This document shows positions 17,442 through 26,419 of a DNA stretch of 27,699 nt, one piece after another; the stretch's first letter is position 1, and every line of letters begins with the position of its first letter. The notes under the pieces were generated by a model. The model saw only the letters and a program-made list of their open reading frames with translations. It was not told where the DNA came from and ran no database searches. The stretch is from Candidatus Methylomirabilia bacterium (GTDB lineage Bacteria; Methylomirabilota; Methylomirabilia; Rokubacteriales; CSP1-6): positions 1-27,699 of the forward strand of contig JBGPXN010000052.1 of NCBI GenBank assembly GCA_041492755.1. Reading direction: 5' to 3'. The position numbers and the translations under genes were made by a program.

Positions 17442-18680
17442 TCAGCGGCGACCCATCACCCGGCGCAGGCGGCGGCGTGCGCTGGCCAGCACGAACCGCC
17501 ACGCCATCTCGCGCCGCCGGCGCCGCAAGCTCTCCTCACCGAGGGCGACCCGCGCGAAGAGCCGGCAGAGCTTCCGATCGACCGCGGCGGCGCGGATGAC
17601 GGCGTCGGCCAGCGCCGGGTTGGCGAACAACCGGTGCTGGATCCGAACCGAGTCGGCGAGCTCGTCACCGATCTCCGCCCGCCAGGCCGTCTCGTACGGC
17701 GCCAGCGCGGCGGCGGTGGGCGCTCCCGCGGCCAGCGCGCGGGCGACGGTCCGGCCGGCGTGCTGACCGGTGACCATCGCGTAGTAGATCCCCTCACCGG
17801 TGTACGCGTTGACGAAGCCGCCCGCGTCACCGCAGACGAGCACCCGCTCACCGTACGTGCGTGCCAGCGGCCCGCCGAGCGGCAGGCGATACGCCTTGAA
17901 GTTGTCGGGATTGGAGTGGCCGCGCACCAGCCCGCGGGCGGCGGCCTCGTCCAGGAAGCGTCGATGGTGCTCGTACGGGGGGCCGGTCAGCTGCGACTTG
18001 AAAAACGGCAGGAGGTACCCGACGCCCGCGTCGACGTGATCGCGCTTGGGGAAGACGTACCCGTATCCCGGGCGCCCCTTGTAGCCGTAGGCCACGTACA
18101 TGGTCTCGGGGTCGTCCACGCTGAGCTCGGCGATCGAAGTCTCCTCCGTGGTGTCGAGCGCGAGCGCGCCCTCCGGAAAACCGTCGCTGAGCCCAGCCGC
18201 GCGCGCGACGACGCTGTTCACGCCATCGGCGCCGATCACGTAGCGGCCCGTGAAGCTGCGTCCGTCGATGGTCTCCACGGCGACGCGCTCACCGTCCCCG
18301 CTCACGCTCACGGCCCGAGCCCCTTCGATCACCTGGACCCCGGCCTGGCGGGCTCGCTGCACCAGCGCCGCGTCGAGGTCCGTTCGCCGGAGCGTCACGT
18401 AGAGCGGCGCCTCGAGCTCGGCACGGACGCGGTCGCCCGACGGGGATTCCATGATCACGCGCCGGATCTCGTGGATCACCACGGTCGATCGCAGGTACGC
18501 CGCCAGCTCGGGAAAGCGCGCGAACACGCCGAAGCGGATGCCGCCGCCGCAGGGCTTGTCGCGGGGAAAACGCTTGCGGTCCAGCAGGAGCGTCGGGACT
18601 CCGAGCTCGGCGAGCGTCAGCGCGGCCAGCGATCCCGCCGGACCCCCACCGACCACGACGACGTCGGCGGCGAGCCTCAC
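17442..18680 (-). CDS. Geranylgeranyl reductase-family FAD-dependent oxidoreductase
   Basis: DVVVVGGGPAG, FPRDKPCGGG, GADGVNS, GYGYVFPK, GDAGGFVNAYTGEGIYYAM. Probable GTG start at 18680. Confidence 0.9.
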   Translation of the reverse strand: MRLAADVVVVGGGPAGSLAALTLAELGVPTLLLDRKRFPRDKPCGGGIRFGVFARFPELAAYLRSTVVIHEIRRVIMESPSGDRVRAELEAPLYVTLRRTDLDAALVQRARQAGVQVIEGARAVSVSGDGERVAVETIDGRSFTGRYVIGADGVNSVVARAAGLSDGFPEGALALDTTEETSIAELSVDDPETMYVAYGYKGRPGYGYVFPKRDHVDAGVGYLLPFFKSQLTGPPYEHHRRFLDEAAARGLVRGHSNPDNFKAYRLPLGGPLARTYGERVLVCGDAGGFVNAYTGEGIYYAMVTGQHAGRTVARALAAGAPTAAALAPYETAWRAEIGDELADSVRIQHRLFANPALADAVIRAAAVDRKLCRLFARVALGEESLRRRRREMAWRFVLASARRRLRRVMGRR

Positions 18681-18825
18681 GTCCGCCGCGCGCTCCGCCA
18701 GCCGCGGACGACGGACACCGCGCCGGCGACCACCGACACCGCCGGGCTGACGACCGCGCGATCGCACACGATCATGGGCGGGCCCCAGCCTACCGGACTA
18801 TCTCCGGCAGGTACAATCGGAAGGT

Positions 18826-21800
18826 ATGCCCGAGTTCCTGCCGTTCGTCCGTGAGTGGTTCGAGCACACGTTCGCGGAGCCCACGCCACCCCAGCGCGAC
18901 GGGTGGGAAGCGATCGCCTCCGGACGGGACACGCTCATCGTCGCGCCCACCGGCTCGGGTAAGACGCTTGCCGCGTTCCTGTGGGCGCTCGACCACCTGT
19001 ACCGTCTGGGACTCGAGCGCCGCCTGGAGGACCGGGTCTACGTCGTCTACGTCTCGCCGCTGAAGGCGCTGAACAACGACGTCGAGAAGAATCTCCGCGA
19101 GCCGCTCGCCGGGCTGCGCGCCGCCGCCCTGGCCGGCGGGATCGACGTTCCGGAGGTCCGGGTCGCCGTGCGCACCGGCGACACGCTCGCGGCCGCGCGC
19201 CAGGCCATGACCCGGCGCCCGCCGCACGTGCTCATCACCACGCCGGAGTCGCTCTACATCCTCCTGACCAGCCAGGGCTTCCGGCCCGCGCTGGCGCGCG
19301 CGCGCTTCGTCATCGTCGACGAGGTCCACGCCCTCATGGGCAACAAGCGCGGGGCCCACCTCGCGCTGTCGCTGGAGCGGCTGCAAGATCTCGTGATCGA
19401 CGCCGGCGGCGCGCGGCCCCAGCGGATCGGCTGCTCGGCGACGGTGAGCCCGGTCGAGACCGCGCTCGAGTTCCTCACCGGCACGACCGCCGAAGCGCCC
19501 GTCATCGTGGACGCCGGCTTCGCCCGTCAGCTCGACGTCCAGGTCGTGGCCGCCGTCGACGACTTCCTCACCGCGCCGAGCGACACGATCTGGGAGGCGA
19601 CGCTGCAGCAGATCGCGGAGATGGTGCAGGCGCATCGCACGACGCTGGTCTTCGCCCAGAGCCGGCGGTCGGCCGAGCGGCTCGCGCGCGATCTGAACGA
19701 TCGGGTGGAACACGGCCGGGTGGCCGCCCACCACGGCTCACTGTCACGCCGGGCTCGGCTCGAAGCGGAGAACCGGCTCAAGAACGGCGAGCTCAAGGCC
19801 CTGGTGGCCACCTCGTCGCTCGAGCTCGGCATCGACGTGGGAGCGATCGATCTCGTCATCCAGGTCCAGTCCCCGCGGAACGTCGCGGCGGCCCTTCAGC
19901 GCGTCGGCCGCGCCGGCCACCTGCTGTCTCGCGTCTCGCGCGGCCGGCTGGTGGTGACCAAGGGCGAAGAGCTCCTGGAGGCCGCGGCCGTCGTCCGCTC
20001 GATCCGGGCGCGCAGTCTCGACCGCGTGAGCATCCCCATCGCGCCGCTCGACGTCCTCACCCAGCAAGTCGTGGCGTCGGTGGCGGCGGAGTCGCTCGAC
20101 GTCGAGCGGCTGCTCGGGCGTTTTCGCCGGGCCGCGCCCTATCGCGCGCTGTCGCGTGATGAGCTGCTGGCCGTCGTGCGCTCGGTGGCCGAGCCGCTGC
20201 CGCGCGAGGTCAAGGGCGTCGGGCCGCGCATCCTCTGGGATCGCGTCAACGATCGGTTGCATGCGCGCCGGGGCAGCCGCTTCCTGGCCCTCACGTCGGG
20301 GGGCACGATCCCGGACGCCGGGCTCTACGACGTCTACGTCGCGGAAACGGACCTGAAGGTCGGCACGCTCGACGAGGAGTTCGTCACCGAGAGCCTGCCC
20401 GGTGACGTGTTCCTGCTGGGCTCCAATGCCTGGCGGATGGTGAAGGTGCGCGCCGACCGCGTGCTCGTCGAAGACGCGCAGGGCATGTCGCCCACGATTC
20501 CGTTCTGGAAGGGCGAGCATCCCTCGCGGTCCTACGATCTGGGGGTTGCCGTCGGCCGCTTGCGGCGCGATGCCGCCGAGCGGCTCGACGACCCGGACTA
20601 CGAGACGTGGGCGGCCCAGGAATGCGGGCTCGATCCCCGGGCGGCGCGGGCGATGCGGGCGTGGCTCGTCAAGGCCGGCGAGGTGCTCAACGGCGTGGCC
20701 GACGACCAGGGCATCGTCGTGGAGTCGTTCGCCGACGAGATGGGCGGCCGCCACGCGATGATCCATTCCGTCTTCGGCATGCGCGTGAACGGCGCCTGGG
20801 GCATGGCCCTGCGCGAGAAGGTTCGGCGCCTGTTCGGGCTGATCGCCGAGACCAGCCACGTCGACGACGGAATCTTGCTCTCGTTCGCGCCCGGCCAGGT
20901 GCCGCCCATGCCCGAGCGCTTGCCGCTGCTCGTCGACCCCGAAGAGCTCGACGGCCTGCTCGGCCACGCGCTCATCGGCTCGCCGCTCTTCACCACCCGC
21001 TTCCGCCATGCCGCGGTCCGCGCGCTGTTCATCCCGCGCATGCTCAAGGGCCGGCGCATGCCGGCGTACCTGCAGCGGCTGCGCGCCGACGCGCTCATGG
21101 AATCGGTCGGCGGCCAGGCGGAGTTCCCGGTGGTGGCGGAGACGCTGCGCGAGTGCTTCCACGACGCCCTCGACGTCCCTCGCACCCGGCGACTGCTCGA
21201 GCGGCTCCACGACGGCGAAATGTGGATCCGCCACGTCGACACCCCGCTCCCGTCGCCGTTCGTCTATCCGCTGCTGAACGCCTGGGACTGGGCGTATCTC
21301 GATGCCGGCCACGCCGAGGAACGCCGCAGCGATGCGGTGTCCGTTCGCAAGGCGTGGAGTGTCACGGCCGGTCCGCTGCGGCCGGACCTGGTCGCCGCGG
21401 TGGAGGCCGAGCTACAGAAAACGACGACGGAGCGGCGGGCGCGCGACGCCAACGAGCTGGCCGCGATCCTCGAGGACCTCGGCGATCTGAGCGACGCGGA
21501 AGTCGCCGCGCGCGTCGCGGCCGAGCCGGCGCAACTCATCGCCGCCCTGCGGGACGAGCGGCGAATCGTGCCCGTGACGTTCGGGACGCCACCCGAGGCC
21601 CGCACGGCGTGGATCCCCCCCGGCGACGTGCCACTCTACGAGGCGCGGGTGACGCCGGCGGGCCTCGAGCGGCTCGCGCTCCGCTTGCTGCGCACGCGCG
21701 GCCCGGTGACCGCGGAGTGGGTGGCCCGTCGCTACGCGTTGCCGGCGGCCGACGTCGGCCGGGTGCTGCAGGGCCTCACGCTGCGCGGGCTCGTCCGTTG

Positions 21801-23184
21801 CGGCGACTTCCTCGTCGACAGCCCGGGGCCGCAATACGTCCACATCGCGGTGCTCGAGGAGATCCAGCGGCGGCAGGTCCACGCCCGGCGCATCCCGCGA
21901 CCGGTCGCGTCGTCCGCCCGCTTCTCGGCATTCCTCTTGCGCCGCCATCACCTCCACCCCGAGCAACGGCTCGTTGGCCCACCCGGGGTGCTCGATGCGC
22001 TCGAATTGCTGCAGGGCCAGGACTTCCCGGTGCGGGTCTGGGAACAGGAGCTGCTGCCGGCTCGCGTGGAGCGCTACGAGCGGGAGTGGCTCGACCGACT
22101 CGGCCTGGCCGGTGAGATCGTCTGGTCGGTGTTCGACGCGCCGGAGGACGAGGGCGAACGCCGACGTGGCCGTCGCGTCGGCGTCGCGCTGCGCGAGAAC
22201 CTGGGCTGGCTACGGGAACGCCGGGAACCGCCCGCCTCGCTCGATGCGCGCGTCAAAAATGTCTTGTTGCACCTGCAACTTCGCGGCGCCTCCTTTGCAC
22301 AGGACTTGAGCCGGGTGACCGGTCTCGGAGTGGCGGAAACGCGGGCGGCGCTCTGGCAGCTCTTCTGGGCCGGGATGATCACGCCCGACACGTACGGCGC
22401 GATCGTCTCCGGCATGGCGCCGCTCCGCGCAGACGCCGGAACCGCCGCCGCCCGCCTGCGCCGGCGGCGGCGCGGACAGGTGCGCGGCGTGCCCGGCTCG
22501 GTGCCGGCACCGGTGCTCGGCCGCTGGAGCGCGTTCGGCGAGGAAGAGCCACTGTCGCCCGAAGACCGTGAGGAGGCGCGCGCCCACCTGCGGCTCGCCC
22601 GCTACGGCGTGCTCGCGCGGGAGCTGGCCGGCGGCAACTGGGCCGCCCTGCGCCACACGCTGCTGCACATGGAGTACGGCGGCGAGGTCGTGCGCGGCTA
22701 CTTCGTCGAAGGACTATCGGGTGAGCAATACGCGCTGGAGGAGGCCCTCGCCGACCTCGGCGGCGGCACGCCTCGGGCGGAGCCGCACGTGCTCGCGAGC
22801 ATGGTCGATCCGGCCAATCTCTGGGGTCGCGTGTTCCCGCTGGTCAGACGCGACGGCTCCCGGGCCGCCGCGGCGCGCATTCCCCAGACGTGGCTGGTGT
22901 TCCGCGCCGGCCGGCCGGTGTTGCTCGCCGAGGGCCACGGCCGCGATCTCACGCCACTCGCGGGCTTCGAAGCCGTGGACCGGCCGGGCGCGCTGCGCGC
23001 GTTGCAGGCCGTCATGGACCGGCCGCTCGCACTCCGTCCCGTGCGCCGACTGGAGATCGCGACGTGGGATGGCCGGCCGGTTCGTGAGAGCGAGATCTTC
23101 GGCGCGCTCGTGGATGCCGGCTTCAGCGCCGACGGTCCGCGCGTGTGGTGGGACGGCTATCCGGGACCACGCCCGATGCGGTGA
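18826..23184 (+). CDS. lhr: ATP-dependent DNA helicase Lhr (full length, with C-terminal extension)
   Basis: APTGSGKT, SPLKALNND, TTPESL, DEVH, SAT, HHGSLS, TSSLELGIDVG, QRVGRAGH, GTIPD, GTLDEEF; C-terminal RYGVL and RGYFVEGLSGEQYA; 1452 aa. Confidence 0.96.
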   Translation: MPEFLPFVREWFEHTFAEPTPPQRDGWEAIASGRDTLIVAPTGSGKTLAAFLWALDHLYRLGLERRLEDRVYVVYVSPLKALNNDVEKNLREPLAGLRAAALAGGIDVPEVRVAVRTGDTLAAARQAMTRRPPHVLITTPESLYILLTSQGFRPALARARFVIVDEVHALMGNKRGAHLALSLERLQDLVIDAGGARPQRIGCSATVSPVETALEFLTGTTAEAPVIVDAGFARQLDVQVVAAVDDFLTAPSDTIWEATLQQIAEMVQAHRTTLVFAQSRRSAERLARDLNDRVEHGRVAAHHGSLSRRARLEAENRLKNGELKALVATSSLELGIDVGAIDLVIQVQSPRNVAAALQRVGRAGHLLSRVSRGRLVVTKGEELLEAAAVVRSIRARSLDRVSIPIAPLDVLTQQVVASVAAESLDVERLLGRFRRAAPYRALSRDELLAVVRSVAEPLPREVKGVGPRILWDRVNDRLHARRGSRFLALTSGGTIPDAGLYDVYVAETDLKVGTLDEEFVTESLPGDVFLLGSNAWRMVKVRADRVLVEDAQGMSPTIPFWKGEHPSRSYDLGVAVGRLRRDAAERLDDPDYETWAAQECGLDPRAARAMRAWLVKAGEVLNGVADDQGIVVESFADEMGGRHAMIHSVFGMRVNGAWGMALREKVRRLFGLIAETSHVDDGILLSFAPGQVPPMPERLPLLVDPEELDGLLGHALIGSPLFTTRFRHAAVRALFIPRMLKGRRMPAYLQRLRADALMESVGGQAEFPVVAETLRECFHDALDVPRTRRLLERLHDGEMWIRHVDTPLPSPFVYPLLNAWDWAYLDAGHAEERRSDAVSVRKAWSVTAGPLRPDLVAAVEAELQKTTTERRARDANELAAILEDLGDLSDAEVAARVAAEPAQLIAALRDERRIVPVTFGTPPEARTAWIPPGDVPLYEARVTPAGLERLALRLLRTRGPVTAEWVARRYALPAADVGRVLQGLTLRGLVRCGDFLVDSPGPQYVHIAVLEEIQRRQVHARRIPRPVASSARFSAFLLRRHHLHPEQRLVGPPGVLDALELLQGQDFPVRVWEQELLPARVERYEREWLDRLGLAGEIVWSVFDAPEDEGERRRGRRVGVALRENLGWLRERREPPASLDARVKNVLLHLQLRGASFAQDLSRVTGLGVAETRAALWQLFWAGMITPDTYGAIVSGMAPLRADAGTAAARLRRRRRGQVRGVPGSVPAPVLGRWSAFGEEEPLSPEDREEARAHLRLARYGVLARELAGGNWAALRHTLLHMEYGGEVVRGYFVEGLSGEQYALEEALADLGGGTPRAEPHVLASMVDPANLWGRVFPLVRRDGSRAAAARIPQTWLVFRAGRPVLLAEGHGRDLTPLAGFEAVDRPGALRALQAVMDRPLALRPVRRLEIATWDGRPVRESEIFGALVDAGFSADGPRVWWDGYPGPRPMR

Positions 23185-23291
23185 GCGCGCGGCCGGACGC
23201 GGGGTGCGCCATGCCGACCCGACCCTGCCGACCGTCATCCGTGGGGAGGGAGCGCGCCGCCGCGACGACACCGCTGGTGTAGACTTGCCGC

Positions 23292-23729
23292 GTGACGCGC
23301 GCGGCCGTCGGCGTCCTGACGGCACTTCTCGTGCTCGCGAGCGGAGCGGGCGCCGAGCACGAGGTCTACTACCGCTACGTCGTGCTCGGGTACGTCAAGG
23401 ACGCGCGCGGCACACCACTTCCGGGCGCCGCGGTCGAGCTCGTGCGTGACAAGACCGCCCTCATCTACGGCGCCGAGAGCGACGACGACGGCCTGTTTCT
23501 CATCATCGCCCGCCTCGGCGACGAGAGCGCCGGGGAGACGCTCACGCTGCGGGCCGGCACCGTGACGGCCCGCGTCGTGGCGCGCTTCGACCCGGGCAAT
23601 CACACCGCCCCGCGGGGAACGCGGGTCGATCTCGAGGGCAAGCAGTTCGTGGAGCGCTCCACGCTCTTCCGGCCGACGCTCGCCCGGATCCTCGAGCCCA
23701 CTCCGCGGCGCGACAGGAGCCAGAAATGA
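23292..23729 (+). CDS. Secreted protein, carboxypeptidase-regulatory-like domain
   Basis: Signal peptide ending AGA-EHE; GYVKDARGTPLPGAAVELV...SDDDGLF. Stop overlaps the next start (ATGA). Confidence 0.75.
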   Translation: MTRAAVGVLTALLVLASGAGAEHEVYYRYVVLGYVKDARGTPLPGAAVELVRDKTALIYGAESDDDGLFLIIARLGDESAGETLTLRAGTVTARVVARFDPGNHTAPRGTRVDLEGKQFVERSTLFRPTLARILEPTPRRDRSQK

Positions 23730-24004
23730 GCAAGACCCCCGCGAAGACGCCGGCCAAGCGGATGAAGGCCTACGTGCTGATCGAATGCTCCGCCGGCAAG
23801 ACCAAGTCGGTGAGGAAGACGCTGGCCAAGGTCAAAGGGGGCGGCTCCTCGATGGTCCACGTCGACGCCATCACCGGCCCCTTCGACTTCATCGCGGTGG
23901 TCGAGGGCCCGAGTCTCGATGCCATCGGCCGACTCGTCACCGACGGGATCGGCAGCATCGACGGCGTCACGCGCACCACCACCTGCGTCGCGGTCACGAT
24001 CTGA
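23726..24004 (+). CDS. Stand-alone Lrp/AsnC ligand-binding (RAM) domain protein
   Basis: KAYVLIE, ITGPFDFIAVVE, IGSIDGVTRTTTC; no HTH domain. Alternative start at MKAYV (23762). Confidence 0.88.
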   Translation: MSKTPAKTPAKRMKAYVLIECSAGKTKSVRKTLAKVKGGGSSMVHVDAITGPFDFIAVVEGPSLDAIGRLVTDGIGSIDGVTRTTTCVAVTI

Positions 24005-24005
24005 C

Positions 24006-24992
24006 GTGGCGCGCCGCCCCGCCGCCCGCCGGCGCGGCGCGGCCGGCCACGCCACGATCCTCGTCTACTATCCCGGCGGCGGCGAGGCCGAGCGCTACGC
24101 AGCATTGATCCGGGCCCCGCGCGCCCGCGTCACCGTCCACACGGCCGCGACACCCGAAGCGGCGATGCGGCACGCCGCCGACGTGGACGTCGTCTACGCG
24201 TGGAAACCGCCAACGGCGCTCTATGGCCAGGCGACCCGGCTCGAGTGGCTCCAGGCGATGGGCGCCGGGGTGGATTGGGCACTCGTGCCCGAGCTGTCTC
24301 CACGCGTCGTCGTCACCCGCGCCCCCGGCGTCTTTTCCCCGTGGATGCGCGAGTACGCGCTGGGCTGGCTGCTGTGGATCACGCAGCGAACGGAGACGTA
24401 CCGCGCCATGCAGCGCGAGTGCCGCTGGGACCAGCGCGTGATGCCCACTCGCCTGGGGGGTCGAACCCTGGCCGTGATCGGGCTCGGCGACATCGGCCGC
24501 ATGATCGCCGGCGGCGCGCGCGCGCTCGGCATGCGGGTGGTCGGCGTGAGCCGCAGCGGCCGCGCCGTCCCGGAAGCGCACCACGTCTACCGGACCGCGC
24601 ACGTGACCCGGGCGCTGCACGCGGCGGACTTCGTCGTCGTGGTCCTGCCGCTCACGGCCGCGACGCGCGGGCTGATCGACGCGCGCGCACTGGCGGCCAT
24701 GCAACCCGGGGCGTGGCTGATGAACATCGGCCGCGGGCCGTTGGTCGACGAGCGCGCGCTGCTCGCGGCGCTCGACGAGCGCCGCATCGCCGGCGCCATC
24801 CTCGATGTCTTCGCCGCCGAGCCGCTGCCGCCCGATCACCCACTGTGGCGCTACGACAACGTGGTCGTGACGCCGCACATCGCCGGCCCCGACGTCCCGG
24901 AAGAGATGGCGCCGCTCTTCAACGACAACCTCGCCCGCTATCTCGCCCGCCGCCCCCTCCGTCACGTGGTCGACCGCCGCCGCGGATACTAG
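24006..24992 (+). CDS. D-2-hydroxyacid dehydrogenase (GhrA-like)
   Basis: GAGVD, IGLGDIG, LPLTAATRGLI, NIGRG, DVFAAEPLP, TPHIAG. GTG 1 nt after the upstream stop. Confidence 0.92.
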   Translation: MARRPAARRRGAAGHATILVYYPGGGEAERYAALIRAPRARVTVHTAATPEAAMRHAADVDVVYAWKPPTALYGQATRLEWLQAMGAGVDWALVPELSPRVVVTRAPGVFSPWMREYALGWLLWITQRTETYRAMQRECRWDQRVMPTRLGGRTLAVIGLGDIGRMIAGGARALGMRVVGVSRSGRAVPEAHHVYRTAHVTRALHAADFVVVVLPLTAATRGLIDARALAAMQPGAWLMNIGRGPLVDERALLAALDERRIAGAILDVFAAEPLPPDHPLWRYDNVVVTPHIAGPDVPEEMAPLFNDNLARYLARRPLRHVVDRRRGY

Positions 24993-25071
24993 GCGGCAAG
25001 CAGATGAGCACGGGACAGCCGCGGAGGGGGCCAGCGATGAGGCTCGGCGCCGGCGGTCGGCCGCCGGAGCG

Positions 25072-25461
25072 TCACTTCTTTTTCGGGCGTTGCCGGTTGG
25101 TGAGCGTTTCCTCGTACACCGCCAGCATCGTGGATCGCAGCCACCAGGCGAGCAGCCCGGTGGAGAACGTGACCGACCCGACGGCGATCCCGAGCGCGAG
25201 CAGCCGCCGGCGCGACAGCCGCTCCTGACGGACGATCGGCCGGCCGGCGACGATCCAGAGTCGGTCCCTGGCCACGATGATCCCCGTTCCCAGCACGACG
25301 AGCACGACGGCCAGGGCGACCGCGGCGGGGCTCGCGACGTCGGGCCGCATCAGGACGGTAATGACGGTGGCGAGGATGCCGGCCAACCAGACGGCGGGAC
25401 GCCGGAGGAGAAGCTCGCCGACGCGCTCGCCGACGGTCGGCCGAAAGGCGCGACGGGGCAT
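25072..25461 (-). CDS. Hypothetical membrane protein (about three TM helices)
   Basis: Hydrophobic segments AVWLAGILATVITVLM, AAVALAVVLVVLGTGIIV, LLALGIAVGSVTFSTGLLAWW; basic C-terminus; CATAAT 5 nt upstream. Confidence 0.65.
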   Translation of the reverse strand: MPRRAFRPTVGERVGELLLRRPAVWLAGILATVITVLMRPDVASPAAVALAVVLVVLGTGIIVARDRLWIVAGRPIVRQERLSRRRLLALGIAVGSVTFSTGLLAWWLRSTMLAVYEETLTNRQRPKKK

Positions 25462-25540
25462 GGCCGATTATGCCTTGCATTCACCGCCGGCCTCGTGGAA
25501 CCTCTACCGTCCCACCCGGTTCCTGTCTCAGGAGGTGTCC

Positions 25541-26194
25541 ATGATGCGGCTCGCCCTGCTTGTCGCCTTGGTTCTGCCGGCCGTCGCGGCGGCCCAGTCG
25601 GCGACGTACACGACGTTGTACACCTCACGCGCGACGTTCAAGACCGAAGCGCCCCTGGAGACGATGGTGGGGACCGTCGGCAGCCCGCCGGGCACACCGG
25701 CCGAGCAGCTGGCCGTGCGGGGCAAGATCGTCGTCGATCCGGCCAAGCCGCAGGAGGCCAAGGGCACGATCCGGGTGGACATGAACGCCGTGCGCACCGG
25801 CATCGACCGCCGCGATGCCCACATGCGCAGCAAGGACTTCCTCGACACCGAGGCGAGCGAGGCCAACCGCTACGCCGTCTTCGAGATCAAGAACGTCGAG
25901 GTGGCAGGACCGCTGCAGCCGGGCAAGGAAACCCCGGCCAAGGTTCGGGGAACGTTCATCGTGCGCGGCAAGCCCTACGAAACGGTCGCCGACGCGCTCA
26001 TCACCTACATCAAGCTCACGCCGGAGCAGGTCGAAGCCCAGAAGCGCTTCGGCTTCACCGCCGAGAACCTCCGGATCAAGGCGAAGTTCGGGACGAAGTT
26101 CACCAACCACAACATGCAAGTGCCCCAGATCCTGATCCTCAAAGTCTCCGACGACATCCAGGTGGAGACCGACCTCATCCTCGTCAGGCAGTAG
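25541..26194 (+). CDS. YceI-family periplasmic protein
   Basis: SD AGGAGGT before ATG 25541; signal peptide MMRLALLVALVLPAVAAA; TGIDRRDAHMRSKDFLD; GTFIVRG. Confidence 0.9.
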   Translation: MMRLALLVALVLPAVAAAQSATYTTLYTSRATFKTEAPLETMVGTVGSPPGTPAEQLAVRGKIVVDPAKPQEAKGTIRVDMNAVRTGIDRRDAHMRSKDFLDTEASEANRYAVFEIKNVEVAGPLQPGKETPAKVRGTFIVRGKPYETVADALITYIKLTPEQVEAQKRFGFTAENLRIKAKFGTKFTNHNMQVPQILILKVSDDIQVETDLILVRQ

Positions 26195-26196
26195 AC

Positions 26197-26240
26197 ATGG
26201 GGGGCCCCGACATGGCCCCCCATACCCCCCTCACGCTCGG
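26197..26240 (+). repeat. REP/MITE-like repeat, copy C (truncated)
   Basis: ATGGGGGGCCCCGACATGGCCCCCCATACCCCCCTCACGCTCGG, nearly identical to the first half of copy A; the second hairpin is missing. Confidence 0.85.
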
Positions 26241-26419
26241 AAGGGCGTCAACATACTTGACGCACTACTACCCCTCTGCCTACTCGTGGGACTGGCTGCC
26301 GGCCTGGTGCTACTCAGCGTCGTTATTCTTCTTGCCTCGGTGACGCTTGCTCATTTTGCCACTCGCGCCGCTATCGCCATGGCACTATGCGCTTACCGGC
26401 TGCCGGCCTTGGGCTCGGA

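Noticed and set aside
18826..23184. Lhr as the core of an anti-phage defence system
   Set aside because: Housekeeping-type Lhr with host-like composition and no adjacent nuclease, methylase or other defence genes.
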